From the IMG/VR virus record IMGVR_UViG_3300046665_000548, positions 310,001-374,000 of that record: DNA of 64,000 bases; one strand, written 5' to 3'. Positions 54,921 through 64,000 of this stretch are shown here, piece after piece. The stretch's first letter is position 1, and each line of letters starts with the position of its first letter. The notes beneath the pieces are model-generated. The model did not search any database and had not been told where the DNA came from. It worked only from the letters and a program-made list of their open reading frames with translations. The position numbers and the translations under genes are program-made.

Positions 54921-55688
54921 TTAGTTCTCGCCGTAGATCGACAGAATGTCCTCGATGATTGGATGACGCTCAACGTCACCTGGGTCGAATTCACAAACTG
55001 CGATGCCTTCGCTGCCCCGAGTCTCCAGGCGCTGAACGAAATCTTTCAGACCATTCTCTTCGAAGCCACGATCATGCTGGCGAAGATCGCCCGTGATGAT
55101 CATTCGGCTATTTTCACCTAGACGGGTAAGAACCATTTTCATTTGACTAGGCGTAGCGTTTTGCGCCTCGTCAAAAAGAATGATGGCGTTCTTAAAGGTA
55201 CGACCGCGCATATAGGCGAGTGGCGCGATTTCGATGATTTCGTCTAGCACCATCTTTTCGATCTGCTGGGGGCTGTAGTGTTCTTTGAACACATCCATGA
55301 TCGGCAGAACCCAGGGTGCCATCTTCTCAACAAGGCTACCGGGAAGGAAGCCGTGCTGTTCGTCAACGGAGACTGCTGGGCGGGTAACGATGATCTTTTC
55401 AAATTGACCATTTTGCATGCCATGGATGGCGTACTGGGTGGCAAGTAGTGTTTTGCCGCATCCCGCAGGACCCATCGCAAACACTACGTGCTTACTGACA
55501 TCCATAAGACAATCAACGTATTCTTCCTGAGCTAAGTTACGTGGAAGAAGTTGGACCTTCTTCTTTGTCTTTCTCGGGTGAGAAAGCTCGTCGCTCTCGC
55601 TATCGTACACGAGTGTGAGTTTGCGATCTTGGCGGGGGTTCGGCTTATTTGCACGCTTTGCTGAGCGCTTGTTGATATTTCTAGCCAC
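54921..55688 (-). CDS. phoH: PhoH-family ATPase
   Basis: GPAGCGKT, TRPAV, GFLPG, APLAYMRGRTF, DEAQN, TGD..Q.D, RHP; GTG start with GGGAGG RBS. Confidence 0.95.
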   Translation of the reverse strand: MARNINKRSAKRANKPNPRQDRKLTLVYDSESDELSHPRKTKKKVQLLPRNLAQEEYVDCLMDVSKHVVFAMGPAGCGKTLLATQYAIHGMQNGQFEKIIVTRPAVSVDEQHGFLPGSLVEKMAPWVLPIMDVFKEHYSPQQIEKMVLDEIIEIAPLAYMRGRTFKNAIILFDEAQNATPSQMKMVLTRLGENSRMIITGDLRQHDRGFEENGLKDFVQRLETRGSEGIAVCEFDPGDVERHPIIEDILSIYGEN

Positions 55689-55792
55689 GAGGGCCTCCCT
55701 TCGTAAAGGTGATTGTGTTTGCCGCACGTGATTATTTAGAGAACCTCCCGTTGATATTAGATGTGACTTTAGTCCTAATATTCCTGACTAAA

Positions 55793-56170
55793 ATGTCGTT
55801 TGATAGTGACATCAGTTTGCCGCGCAACATAAAAATCAATGATCGGGAACGCTTCTGGATTGATGGCGTTCTCTCGACATTGGTGGGAAAATTATGCATG
55901 CACTTTCTTGAGACGCGGGACGGTCACAGGTTCCCCATCGAACAACTCACGCATGACTTTGACTCATCGTCAGTCGATGTTCGTCCTGCGAAGAAGTCTG
56001 ATTTTGAGTGGTTTACGTCCCATTCATATCGCTTCGAGATTATGGTGTGGGAAGACGAAGAGCACGCATTCACACTGACGGGATGCCAGACAAAATTCGA
56101 ATTGTCCGAATACGAACAAGGTACGTTCGTGGCTAGGATTGAGTACGAAGAGATAATTCCGAAGCGATAA
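55793..56170 (+). CDS. Hypothetical protein
   Basis: ORF between phoH and the SGNH gene. Confidence 0.5.
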   Translation: MSFDSDISLPRNIKINDRERFWIDGVLSTLVGKLCMHFLETRDGHRFPIEQLTHDFDSSSVDVRPAKKSDFEWFTSHSYRFEIMVWEDEEHAFTLTGCQTKFELSEYEQGTFVARIEYEEIIPKR

Positions 56171-56945
56171 CGTGATGCTTAAAAAACGCATCAGAGAACA
56201 TTGCATTCGTCTTCGGTCCGGGGTGCGAGCCATCTCGGGCAAAATCTATTGTAGCGTTCATCTCAACATATCGAGATGAGTCCGTGTAGTCTCCCATTAT
56301 ACTGAAATCATATTCTTTACTCCAATTACTCCAAACCCACGGAGTATTGGTGAGACCGCAGTAAGCTTCAATAAGCCGATAATGACTCAGAAACTCGAAG
56401 AAATCGTTGTTGTCATTCTGGAGCGCTTGATAATGCGCAATGGCTTGTTTCTCTTCAATCGGCTGTCCAGGCCAATTTGATCCTAGTCGGATGTCGTGTC
56501 GAAGGCCATCGCTAGTGTAATAGCTGCGCCGAGATAACGAGGTGAACATCACCACAACCAACTTTGGCTTAAGAAGAGGAATTGTTTGGCATGCGATCTG
56601 GGCAATTAGTTCGTTAGAGCAGCCACCAACGCCGTAGTTGTGCTGCTCCAGACCAATGCGATGGGCAAGCTGCGATGTCCAAACATCTTGATACGGGAGA
56701 CCGACGCCCATAGTAACCGAATCTCCCAAGAAGAGAACTTTGTTGGAGTCGGATAGTGCGTCGTATTCAATAGAGCGATAGCCGCGTGAATTGAACTGAT
56801 AGAGTATATCGCGGTGACCATAGATTGATGATTCGCGCTTGTAAGTATGGGCTCTGTCCGACCCAAACCAATGAAAGGTTTGGTTTGGAAACTGATTCCC
56901 TAAGGGGATCGCGTCGCGTTTCCAGTATGTGTCGGGGTTACGCAT
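56133..56945 (-). CDS. SGNH/GDSL hydrolase-like protein
   Basis: FNSRGYR, FLGDSVTMG.G, NYGVGG.SN, ARDGSHPG; TAAATA 5 nt upstream. Confidence 0.75.
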   Translation of the reverse strand: MRNPDTYWKRDAIPLGNQFPNQTFHWFGSDRAHTYKRESSIYGHRDILYQFNSRGYRSIEYDALSDSNKVLFLGDSVTMGVGLPYQDVWTSQLAHRIGLEQHNYGVGGCSNELIAQIACQTIPLLKPKLVVVMFTSLSRRSYYTSDGLRHDIRLGSNWPGQPIEEKQAIAHYQALQNDNNDFFEFLSHYRLIEAYCGLTNTPWVWSNWSKEYDFSIMGDYTDSSRYVEMNATIDFARDGSHPGPKTNAMFSDAFFKHHVIASELSLRTQS

Positions 56946-57014
56946 GCGTCTATTTACAGAGCAAAAGAAAAGGCCGCCCGAAGGCGGCCCAATCTATTTG
57001 TTCACGTTTTGTTC

Positions 57015-58232
57015 TTAGATGAACGAAAGCGTGGCAGTGTCGATACCAACGAGACCGAGGTAGTCGGCGGCGTTGCCGAGCGACGAAGCGGTGTTGGTGA
57101 GTTCGACGTAACCATAACGGGTCATGAAGGAAACGACTGGCTCGAAAGTAGCCGGATCGATCAGAACGCCCGAGGAGGTCAGAGGAACGTATGGGCAGTA
57201 GAATGCTGCTGCGTCCATTTCGTTGCCCTTGTAACCGACGAGAACCGGTGTGCTGTCAGCAGCATACTGGTCAACGTACACGCGCATGCTGTTGTTCAGC
57301 GTGCCGACGTACTTGGTGTTGGTCGGAGCCTCGAAGGTGCCTTCCGTCGTGCGTGCGAACGCCGAGGTCGTAGCAGACTGAAGGATCGTGAGAGCGGTCG
57401 GGGAGACCACAACCCAGTTACCAGCGCCGCGACGGGTGCGGGAAGCAATGAGGTTTGCCTGACGGTTGATCAGGATGGCGAGAGCGGCGTGCACGTCACC
57501 AACGAAGGTGGGTGTACCGGTCACGGTGTCCTGCTTGAACACGGCAGTAGCAGCACCTGGAAGAGCGCGCAGGGAGACCAAGATTTCCTGATCGATTTCT
57601 GCGGTGATTTCCTGTGCGAGAGCAGCCATGATTTCTGCTTCGATGTCGATGCCCTGCTGAGCCTGTGCGTCCTGAGCAGCTTCGAAGGTCCAGCGAGCGG
57701 AGAGCTTGCGGGTCTTTGCTTCGACAACTTCCTTCAGAATCTGGATGGAGAGACGGTTTCCGCCCTTACCTTCCAGAGCCGTTGTAGCAGCGGCCTTCGG
57801 GTTTGCCGGGGTCTCGTTGCCAGAGTAGTAGCGAGCGATGTCGAAAGGAGACAGAGCTTCGTTACCAGCGTTGGTACCGGTACCGTTCGTGGGAACAGTG
57901 TCGGCATAACGAACGCGCAGAGTGTGAATCTGAGCAACTGGTCCAGTCATCGGCTGCACGCCAATGATTTCGTTCGCGATCACGGTCGGCATAACGCGAC
58001 GGATGACCGGCAGAATTACCTTGTTGAGAGTTGCAACGTTGGCGCTGTTGGTGGCACCGGCTGTTGCAGCTTCGTTCAGGCGGGAGAGTTCCTTGCGGGT
58101 GTTCTCCAGAACGGTTTCCATCATCTTACGCTTGTTAGCGTTCGGTGTACCGTCCATGTTGTGGGTAAGATCGCGACCTTCGCAGAGTGCTGCTTTCGTA
58201 GCCTTCCACTGAGATTCAAATAGCTTATTCAT
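57015..58232 (-). CDS. gp23: Major capsid protein (T4 gp23-like)
   Basis: IRRVMP..IA.EI.GVQPM.GP, VEAKTRKL.ARWT.E.AQD, EI..EID.E, FYCPYVPL, TRYG; likely cleavage after RLNE. Confidence 0.97.
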   Translation of the reverse strand: MNKLFESQWKATKAALCEGRDLTHNMDGTPNANKRKMMETVLENTRKELSRLNEAATAGATNSANVATLNKVILPVIRRVMPTVIANEIIGVQPMTGPVAQIHTLRVRYADTVPTNGTGTNAGNEALSPFDIARYYSGNETPANPKAAATTALEGKGGNRLSIQILKEVVEAKTRKLSARWTFEAAQDAQAQQGIDIEAEIMAALAQEITAEIDQEILVSLRALPGAATAVFKQDTVTGTPTFVGDVHAALAILINRQANLIASRTRRGAGNWVVVSPTALTILQSATTSAFARTTEGTFEAPTNTKYVGTLNNSMRVYVDQYAADSTPVLVGYKGNEMDAAAFYCPYVPLTSSGVLIDPATFEPVVSFMTRYGYVELTNTASSLGNAADYLGLVGIDTATLSFI

Positions 58233-58293
58233 TATTCGCTCCTTAGTTTTGACGAACCGGCCTTAGCCGAAATGAATTTTCAAAAGTTACTTA

Positions 58294-59535
58294 TCAGACA
58301 CGCCCTGCGAGACGCAGAATAGTGCCAATTTCGTGCTCAAACTCGACTTCGACCTCGGCTTGAACGCTCTCTACCAGACGAGTTGCCTTGTCACCGGTCA
58401 CAACAGTGGTCGGAGCACGACGCTCTAGTGGCTTTGATTCGCCCAGAACCTTCTTCTCAGGCTGAGCCTTCCTCTTGCCCTCAGAGAGAACAACTGGAAG
58501 GAGCTTATCGAAAGCAGTACGGAGATTGTCCGTCTTGGTGGTCTCCAGCATGCTTTCCATGATCGAACGCTTGTCACCTGAAAGGTTAGACAGTAGTTCG
58601 CCCATGACTTTCGTACGTACTGCGCGATCTTCGGCAAGACGAGACTTACGGGCCGACAATTCGGCAGCCTTTGAGGTCTCTTCGAGCTTCTGCGTCGTTG
58701 CAGCAAGTTCTTGGTCCTTCGACTCCAGGACGTTCTGAAGCTTACGGATTTCTGTACCTTCAGCGAGGTAGCTCGTCATGAACTCTGCTGCGACTGCCTC
58801 AAAGATGCGGCGTCCGAACATGTTCTGGCGATTACGCTCAAGGTCTTCATGAAGCTGAGACATCTCTCGCTTCAGGGTATGATTGATTGCGCCTTCGACT
58901 TTCTTCGCAGCCTCGGACACGAAGCGCTTCTGCGTTTCCGCAAGCTTCTTCTTGCCTTCGGTCACGAGCTTTACGCGCGACTCAACAAGCTGACGGTGAT
59001 CATCGTTGAACTCTTTGAGTTCACGAGATACCTGATTGACAACGAACTCATCGATCTTCTTGATACGGGCAGACTGCTGCTCGATGACTTCGGCCTTGAG
59101 GGATTCGAAGGTTTCATCCAGCTTCTTCTGCTTAACAATGGTCGATGTCTTAGCTTCGTGAAGCGCCTTGACGCTCTTCATAAGCTGTTCGTTGACGAAC
59201 TTCTTTGTGACACTAAGGTGCTCGCGCAGCTTGTCCTTGTAGTGAGCCTTCGCTTCTGTGATAGCAGAAGAAAGGTTTTCACGTGCTTCGGAAAGCTTAG
59301 CAATTTCGGCTGCCTTAGCCTCTTCTGTCGTCTTCACGACATCAGAAAGCATGCGATCCATGGCCTCAACGAGATTTGCCTTATCGTGCTCATAACGAGC
59401 GGCAAACTCTTCACGAACAGACATTTCTGCCTCTTCGCGTGCTTCGGCCACTTTCTTGTCAAATGCTTCCTGAAGAGTAGCTACAAGCTCCTCCGGGAGA
59501 GTGTTTGATCCAAGAATGTTGGCAATGTTTTCCAT
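58294..59535 (-). CDS. gp22: Prohead core scaffold protein (gp22-like)
   Basis: Coiled-coil protein between protease and MCP; FGRRIFEA; GAGGAG RBS before ATG 59535. Confidence 0.8.
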   Translation of the reverse strand: MENIANILGSNTLPEELVATLQEAFDKKVAEAREEAEMSVREEFAARYEHDKANLVEAMDRMLSDVVKTTEEAKAAEIAKLSEARENLSSAITEAKAHYKDKLREHLSVTKKFVNEQLMKSVKALHEAKTSTIVKQKKLDETFESLKAEVIEQQSARIKKIDEFVVNQVSRELKEFNDDHRQLVESRVKLVTEGKKKLAETQKRFVSEAAKKVEGAINHTLKREMSQLHEDLERNRQNMFGRRIFEAVAAEFMTSYLAEGTEIRKLQNVLESKDQELAATTQKLEETSKAAELSARKSRLAEDRAVRTKVMGELLSNLSGDKRSIMESMLETTKTDNLRTAFDKLLPVVLSEGKRKAQPEKKVLGESKPLERRAPTTVVTGDKATRLVESVQAEVEVEFEHEIGTILRLAGRV

Positions 59536-59554
59536 CAGAAATACTCCTCTGGGG

Positions 59555-60202
59555 TTACGACTTAAGTTTATTGATCCATTCCAGAAGTTCTTTATGTAGA
59601 TACTTCTGGGCTTTTGGATCATTTGATGCTGCACGGGAAAGGTCATCAATGACCGATCCGCGCTTGCCATTTCGGGCCTCGTACACGGGCTTTGGATATG
59701 CGTTCGGCGCAGATGGTCGAGCAACGATATCGACGGTGATGATTTCGAAATCCGAAACCTCGCCTCTCTCGTTCACATTGCCAGAACCACGGCTAGAGAC
59801 GCCGAGTTTGACATTTGCCTCGATCAGAGTGCGGATGATGTTGCCCATCGGTGTCGGCAAGATTTGAAGCTTGCCGTAACCTGCTGCACCATCCATCCAC
59901 ATCTGAGTAATCATGTGCGAAACACGGTCGAGATTAATTGTCAGTTCTTCTGGATGATCGCATTCGCCAAGAACGCTTTCACCCTTTTGAAGAACGGACG
60001 TAACATGATCGACCGCGTTTGAGATTTCGCGAACAGGATAAACCCGCTCGTTGAGATTGCGCACGCCACCCTGGATGAAGATACCCTTCATATAGAGAGG
60101 GCGTTGAGCCCCCTCTTTTGCTGGTTCAGCGGTTTCAACTACGATACCCGCTTGATCAAATGAAAGTCGTTCAGTCAGAAACATGGATGCGCTATTCAAC
60201 AT
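59555..60202 (-). CDS. gp21: Prohead protease (gp21-like)
   Basis: GIFIQ...N.N.RVYP, GECDHP, RVSH.I, GVSSRGSG, DIVA.PSAP.AY. Confidence 0.95.
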   Translation of the reverse strand: MLNSASMFLTERLSFDQAGIVVETAEPAKEGAQRPLYMKGIFIQGGVRNLNERVYPVREISNAVDHVTSVLQKGESVLGECDHPEELTINLDRVSHMITQMWMDGAAGYGKLQILPTPMGNIIRTLIEANVKLGVSSRGSGNVNERGEVSDFEIITVDIVARPSAPNAYPKPVYEARNGKRGSVIDDLSRAASNDPKAQKYLHKELLEWINKLKS

Positions 60203-60204
60203 GA

Positions 60205-61296
60205 TTAGCGCTTCGCCAGTGGTGACTTGGTGTTAGCCTCGCCGCCCTTGCCAAAGTCCTTGTTAATGAGTGCGCCCTTGTCACCTTCCTTGGAAACCGT
60301 CGAACGTCCGTCCTCGGCCTTAGTCTTGGTGTTCTTGCGCTTCTTCATGTCCTTCACGGAAGGAGCGGTTTCGCGCTCGAATCCCTTGTGCTCGGACGCC
60401 TTGATCTGAACCGGCTTGCCGTCAGTCTGAGGGTTCGGCTTCTTCTGAAGACCAACAGAGGTGTTGTTCTGCGTGAAAGACTTACCAGCAGCGATTTCCT
60501 TGCCGTCAGTCATGGTGACAGAAACCTTCTCAAGCTCTGCTACGATGGACTCGGTGATGTCATCAAAGTCTTCCTCTTCGAGGTCTTCTTTGTCGTCATC
60601 TTCTTCTTCCTGGCTCTCGCCAAACGGAGACTTGTTGTCTTCGTCGTCAGAAGCATCCATGGTGTCAGCGTCGGCATCGGAGGCCATGTCGGTCTCAGTG
60701 CCTGCGTCGTCGGTCATGTCGTCGTCCATTGAGCCGCCGCCGAAATCGTCGCCGCCGAGGTCGTCAGACATATCGTCTCCGCCCAGGTCATCGCCGCCCA
60801 TTTCGTCATCGCCGCCCATCAGCTTCTCGAACTCAGCCGTCAGAGACGCGAGTTGATCCTTGATGTCAGCTAGGTCGTCGGCAATATCGCCTTCGCCGCC
60901 CATGTCGTCGCCACCGAGGTCGTCTCCGCCCAGGTCATCGCCGCCAACAGACATATCGTCTGCGCCCATGTCGTCACCGACTGGATCATCAAACTCGCCA
61001 TCGCCACTCGGGATGTTGCCTTCGTCGTCAGCGACAGGAGCATCAAATGCTTCGTCGTCGCCCGGAGCCGAACCTTCAGGAGAATCCTCAAGTCCGCTCA
61101 GATCGTCTTCGGTGTAGTAGCTTTCAGATGTAATATTCTCGTCCCAGCCTTCAGTAAGAACAGCGTCCTCACCGTTGCGCAGGGATTCGTGAATCTGGCG
61201 CGCACGTTCCACCATAAACTTGTGGAACAACGCCTGGGCCTGTTCATGCTCTTCGTTGAGCAGATGAACAATTGCCTTTTCAAGAATAGAACGCAT
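60205..61296 (-). CDS. Highly acidic prohead core protein
   Basis: Position in the head operon; DD(L/M)GG repeats; several (L/I)xE motifs; TAAATA at 61345-61350 (minus). Confidence 0.7.
   Translation of the reverse strand: MRSILEKAIVHLLNEEHEQAQALFHKFMVERARQIHESLRNGEDAVLTEGWDENITSESYYTEDDLSGLEDSPEGSAPGDDEAFDAPVADDEGNIPSGDGEFDDPVGDDMGADDMSVGGDDLGGDDLGGDDMGGEGDIADDLADIKDQLASLTAEFEKLMGGDDEMGGDDLGGDDMSDDLGGDDFGGGSMDDDMTDDAGTETDMASDADADTMDASDDEDNKSPFGESQEEEDDDKEDLEEEDFDDITESIVAELEKVSVTMTDGKEIAAGKSFTQNNTSVGLQKKPNPQTDGKPVQIKASEHKGFERETAPSVKDMKKRKNTKTKAEDGRSTVSKEGDKGALINKDFGKGGEANTKSPLAKR
60773..60945. repeat. Coding direct repeats (GGDDLGGD)
   Basis: 26-nt exact duplicate TCGTCTCCGCCCAGGTCATCGCCGCC at 60773-60798 and 60920-60945. 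Confidence 0.8.
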
Positions 61297-61396
61297 TCAT
61301 TCTCTCCCAATTTCAGGTTGCTCGATGCAAATCGGCATCTGGGGTATTTAGTTGGGTGAGAAAATGCGTAGTGTTTAGGATAGGAAAAGAACGATT

Positions 61397-62257
61397 TTAG
61401 ACGTTAGACATCTTCAATAGCTTGCAAATATCTCCGTCGTGGTACATGTCGAACGGGTGTTTGCCGTAAAACTCGTTCTTGAACCAGTAATCATCGTCAT
61501 TGTTGTATGACCACCAGGGAGAAAATCCGAGCACGATGTGAGTTCGGGTATTTTTTGTCGCTAATGTCTCATACACGCCATGAGCTATGTTGGTATCCCA
61601 ACTGTATAGCTTACCAACCTCAAGATGAATCGGAGCGTGACCCTCAAGCTCAAAGACGAACTCTGGAGCAGAAGTCACTGGGATGTTGATTCGAATGTTC
61701 TCAAAAACACGCTCATCCCTGTGCCATTTCTTGTCGATCTTCTCTGGATTGTGATACTTGGCGTGCACTGTCGAGATGCGAGAGCGGACCATCGTGAGGT
61801 TGAAGGTGTCTAGAATATCCTTGAGATATCCTGTTTCCGCGAATGGTGTTCGATGGCGGAAACCGTACGTATCAAAGTAGCTGTTTTTGAATATCTTGTG
61901 GGTCTCGTGTGAATTCCAGAAGAAATTCTGGGCAGAAATCTTCTGTGTACCGAGGGTCGAACGATGCACGTCCAATCCATCCTGATGGTCGGGATTGTAG
62001 ACGAGCGACACGCCAGTATAAGTGACGCCTTCGCCTTGTTGCCTTAGCCAGCCATATTCCCCGAATTGCTTAAAGCCGTCCGACAGGCAATTTTGCAGCG
62101 CCGGATAATCAATCCAGCCTCCGTCAAATTCGATGATGTCTGGATACTTGCGGCCCGGAACGCACGAATCCATGCGTTCAACGAAATCAGTATTGGCTTT
62201 GAGATAGTCTGCTACGGTGTACTTGTCTGGAATGTCTTTGGTGTAGACCTTGAACAT
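61397..62257 (-). CDS. 2OG-Fe(II) oxygenase-like protein
   Basis: WHRDE....RINIPV...HL..G..Y.WDT..AH.V......RTHIVLG. Confidence 0.65.
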   Translation of the reverse strand: MFKVYTKDIPDKYTVADYLKANTDFVERMDSCVPGRKYPDIIEFDGGWIDYPALQNCLSDGFKQFGEYGWLRQQGEGVTYTGVSLVYNPDHQDGLDVHRSTLGTQKISAQNFFWNSHETHKIFKNSYFDTYGFRHRTPFAETGYLKDILDTFNLTMVRSRISTVHAKYHNPEKIDKKWHRDERVFENIRINIPVTSAPEFVFELEGHAPIHLEVGKLYSWDTNIAHGVYETLATKNTRTHIVLGFSPWWSYNNDDDYWFKNEFYGKHPFDMYHDGDICKLLKMSNV

Positions 62258-62266
62258 TATGGTTCC

Positions 62267-62515
62267 TTAGAAGGGCATGCCGCCAGGAGGAGCCCCGCCC
62301 TCGCCCTCAGGGGCACCGTACATAACGGCAAGTAAATCCTGCCGCTTTAGGTTCTCAAGCGTATCGAGCGCTCGCATCTTTTTAAGACGATTCACTTTGC
62401 GCAGCGTAAGTTTTGGCTTACGGGTGTCGCCAAGCGTGCGAGAGGAGATACGATCCCTGGAGGGATCGTAATAAGCGGTGACGAGATCGTCTTGTGCTAG
62501 CTCGAAGAGTTTCAT
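62267..62515 (-). CDS. Small head-module protein
   Basis: DTRKPKLTL...N.LKKMR...MYG; follows the portal; TAAATA upstream. Confidence 0.75.
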   Translation of the reverse strand: MKLFELAQDDLVTAYYDPSRDRISSRTLGDTRKPKLTLRKVNRLKKMRALDTLENLKRQDLLAVMYGAPEGEGGAPPGGMPF

Positions 62516-62528
62516 GATGAACTATTTA

Positions 62529-64000
62529 TTAGCCCATCGCCGGTCCGCCGCCCGGTGGGGGCGGAGGAGCGGGAGCGCCGCCCGGAGCAGGAGGAGGAGC
62601 ACCACCGGCAGCGGCAGGATCGCCACCCGGATCAGGCATTGCGGTTTCATCCGGCATTCCGAAATCATCCATTCCGCCGCCAGAGCGCATACCAATGGCA
62701 CCCAGATCGGCTGCATTGTCGCTCTCGGCCGGGGTTGTGCCGGACACCTTCTTAAGCTTGGATGCGTTTTCTTCCTTCCATAGCGTTTCGTTCTCAAGCA
62801 ATTCTTCCTCAGTGAGGTTCAAGAAACGCTTGAGTTTGAAGCGCTCGGCCAGCTTCTTGTTCTCCGCGACCATCTGATAAACCGAAGCCTGAGCGGCATC
62901 GAGTTCGATCTGACGATACTTGGTGAAGTTCTGAGGAGGATTGAACTGAAGCTCGTACAGGTTGGAATCAACACTCACGCCGTTTTCACGTACGAAGCGT
63001 TTGAATTCCGCGTCGAATACTGGAGCCAACAGGGACTGCATTCGCATGCAATACTTGTTGAAACGGAACTCCTGGATCAGCGCAGCGCCGAGCTTGCCGT
63101 CGCTATATGCAACGTTGTTGCCGTCATCCTCACCGAGGGACAGATAGCTGGACGGAATACGAAGGCCGCGAGCCATCTTCTTAGTGAAGAAACTCAGATC
63201 GCCAATCTCTCCCAGATTGTCACCGCCAGCAAGCGTCTCAACCTTGGAGCCGCGACCTTCGGCTGATTGCGCGAAGAAATAGTCTTCCATGATGCTGAGC
63301 GGATTGTAGGCCGCGTCGAGAATGGAAGAACCACCACCGGTACGGTTTGGAATGCGGCGCTGATGAATTTCGTTCTTGATCGCCTGGATGTGAGCCTTGG
63401 CGCGAACGGGAGGCATATTTCCGACATCGATGTAGAAAATTCGGCGTTCAGGAGCGCGCTGAACTCGGTAGATGATAATAGCGTCTTCGAGCAATTCTTT
63501 CTGCTTGTACGTCTTGAAGATAGGCTCAAGGATCGAGGCACCGAATGGCCAGTTGATGTCCATGCCGACTGAAAGAGACAAATGCACCATGTGGTCGGCA
63601 TTCACGATCTGAACATCATCGACGCTCTGAGTTTGTCCAGGACGGTTTTGACGCTGATCGATGTGGGCTCCAGCCATCTGGAAGGAACCGCCCGTCACGC
63701 CCGCGCCGGAACGTGAGCCATAGGCATTGCTGCTACCAAGCGGAGTGAGACCGAACTGTGATGTATCGACCTTGTTCGTTGCGAACTTTGCTTGACGGTT
63801 CAGATCGAGACCACGAAGTAGATATTCGTCAGCTACCTTGCCGCGCTCTTCGTCTACTTTCACCATGAGAACAGAGTAGTGATCCACCCATAGCCATTCA
63901 AATGTCTCGGGGTCACGTAAGAAGAAGGCATCTCCGTTCTTGATGCAGGACCTGAACATGTACCAGAGACGTGACTTGAAATCGTTCAAGCGAACCCACT
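62529..64000 (-). CDS. gp20: Portal protein (gp20-like), 5' end outside window
   Basis: LEDAIIIYR..RAPERRIFYIDVG, EDYFF....GRGS.VETL.GG.NLGEI.D, L.IP.S.L, E.RF.K. Confidence 0.95.
   Translation of the reverse strand, partial: WVRLNDFKSRLWYMFRSCIKNGDAFFLRDPETFEWLWVDHYSVLMVKVDEERGKVADEYLLRGLDLNRQAKFATNKVDTSQFGLTPLGSSNAYGSRSGAGVTGGSFQMAGAHIDQRQNRPGQTQSVDDVQIVNADHMVHLSLSVGMDINWPFGASILEPIFKTYKQKELLEDAIIIYRVQRAPERRIFYIDVGNMPPVRAKAHIQAIKNEIHQRRIPNRTGGGSSILDAAYNPLSIMEDYFFAQSAEGRGSKVETLAGGDNLGEIGDLSFFTKKMARGLRIPSSYLSLGEDDGNNVAYSDGKLGAALIQEFRFNKYCMRMQSLLAPVFDAEFKRFVRENGVSVDSNLYELQFNPPQNFTKYRQIELDAAQASVYQMVAENKKLAERFKLKRFLNLTEEELLENETLWKEENASKLKKVSGTTPAESDNAADLGAIGMRSGGGMDDFGMPDETAMPDPGGDPAAAGGAPPPAPGGAPAPPPPPGGGPAMG

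Noticed and set aside
57009-58223. 404-aa plus-strand ORF
   Set aside because: Antisense shadow of the major capsid gene.
60720-60970. Short direct repeats as a CRISPR array
   Set aside because: In-frame coding repeats (GGDDL/M) with no repeat-spacer regularity; no cas genes in the window.
1-64000. Alternative genetic code, DGR or retron
   Set aside because: Core genes are intact in the standard code, there is no suppressor tRNA, and no reverse transcriptase or template/variable repeat pair was seen.

Overview
A 64-kb segment of a large T4-like (gp20/21/22/23-type) myovirus, probably infecting an Alphaproteobacterium and possibly a methylotroph (inferred from a HisKA_2 kinase, a DUF6513-like domain and a DUF3606-like protein). 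The right end holds the head module on the minus strand: portal, acidic core protein, prohead protease, scaffold and major capsid protein. GroES, clamp loader, HAD nucleotidase, thymidine kinase and PhoH lie just left of it. The left end is a fibre region with three giant 21/22-aa-repeat proteins sharing a C-terminal domain, plus three small structural subunits. The middle holds accessory genes and a ~1-kb GOLLD-like RNA with an embedded pseudo-tRNA. The most striking element is at 33183-33493. A TATAAATA late promoter drives a leaderless Asn-rich leader peptide (MMMNRNNSNNIEGHA) with mutually exclusive protector, antiterminator and terminator helices, directly upstream of two tRNA-Asn(GUU) genes, one with an abnormal long variable arm. 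This looks like a phage ribosome-stalling attenuator that makes tRNA-Asn only when charged tRNA-Asn is scarce. Other highlights are a 48-aa mimic of the phage's own portal clip segment, putative capsid-packaged ADP-ribosyltransferase-like and T7-type kinase effectors, and widespread leaderless late transcripts. All family assignments come from motif recognition by eye; no database searches were run.
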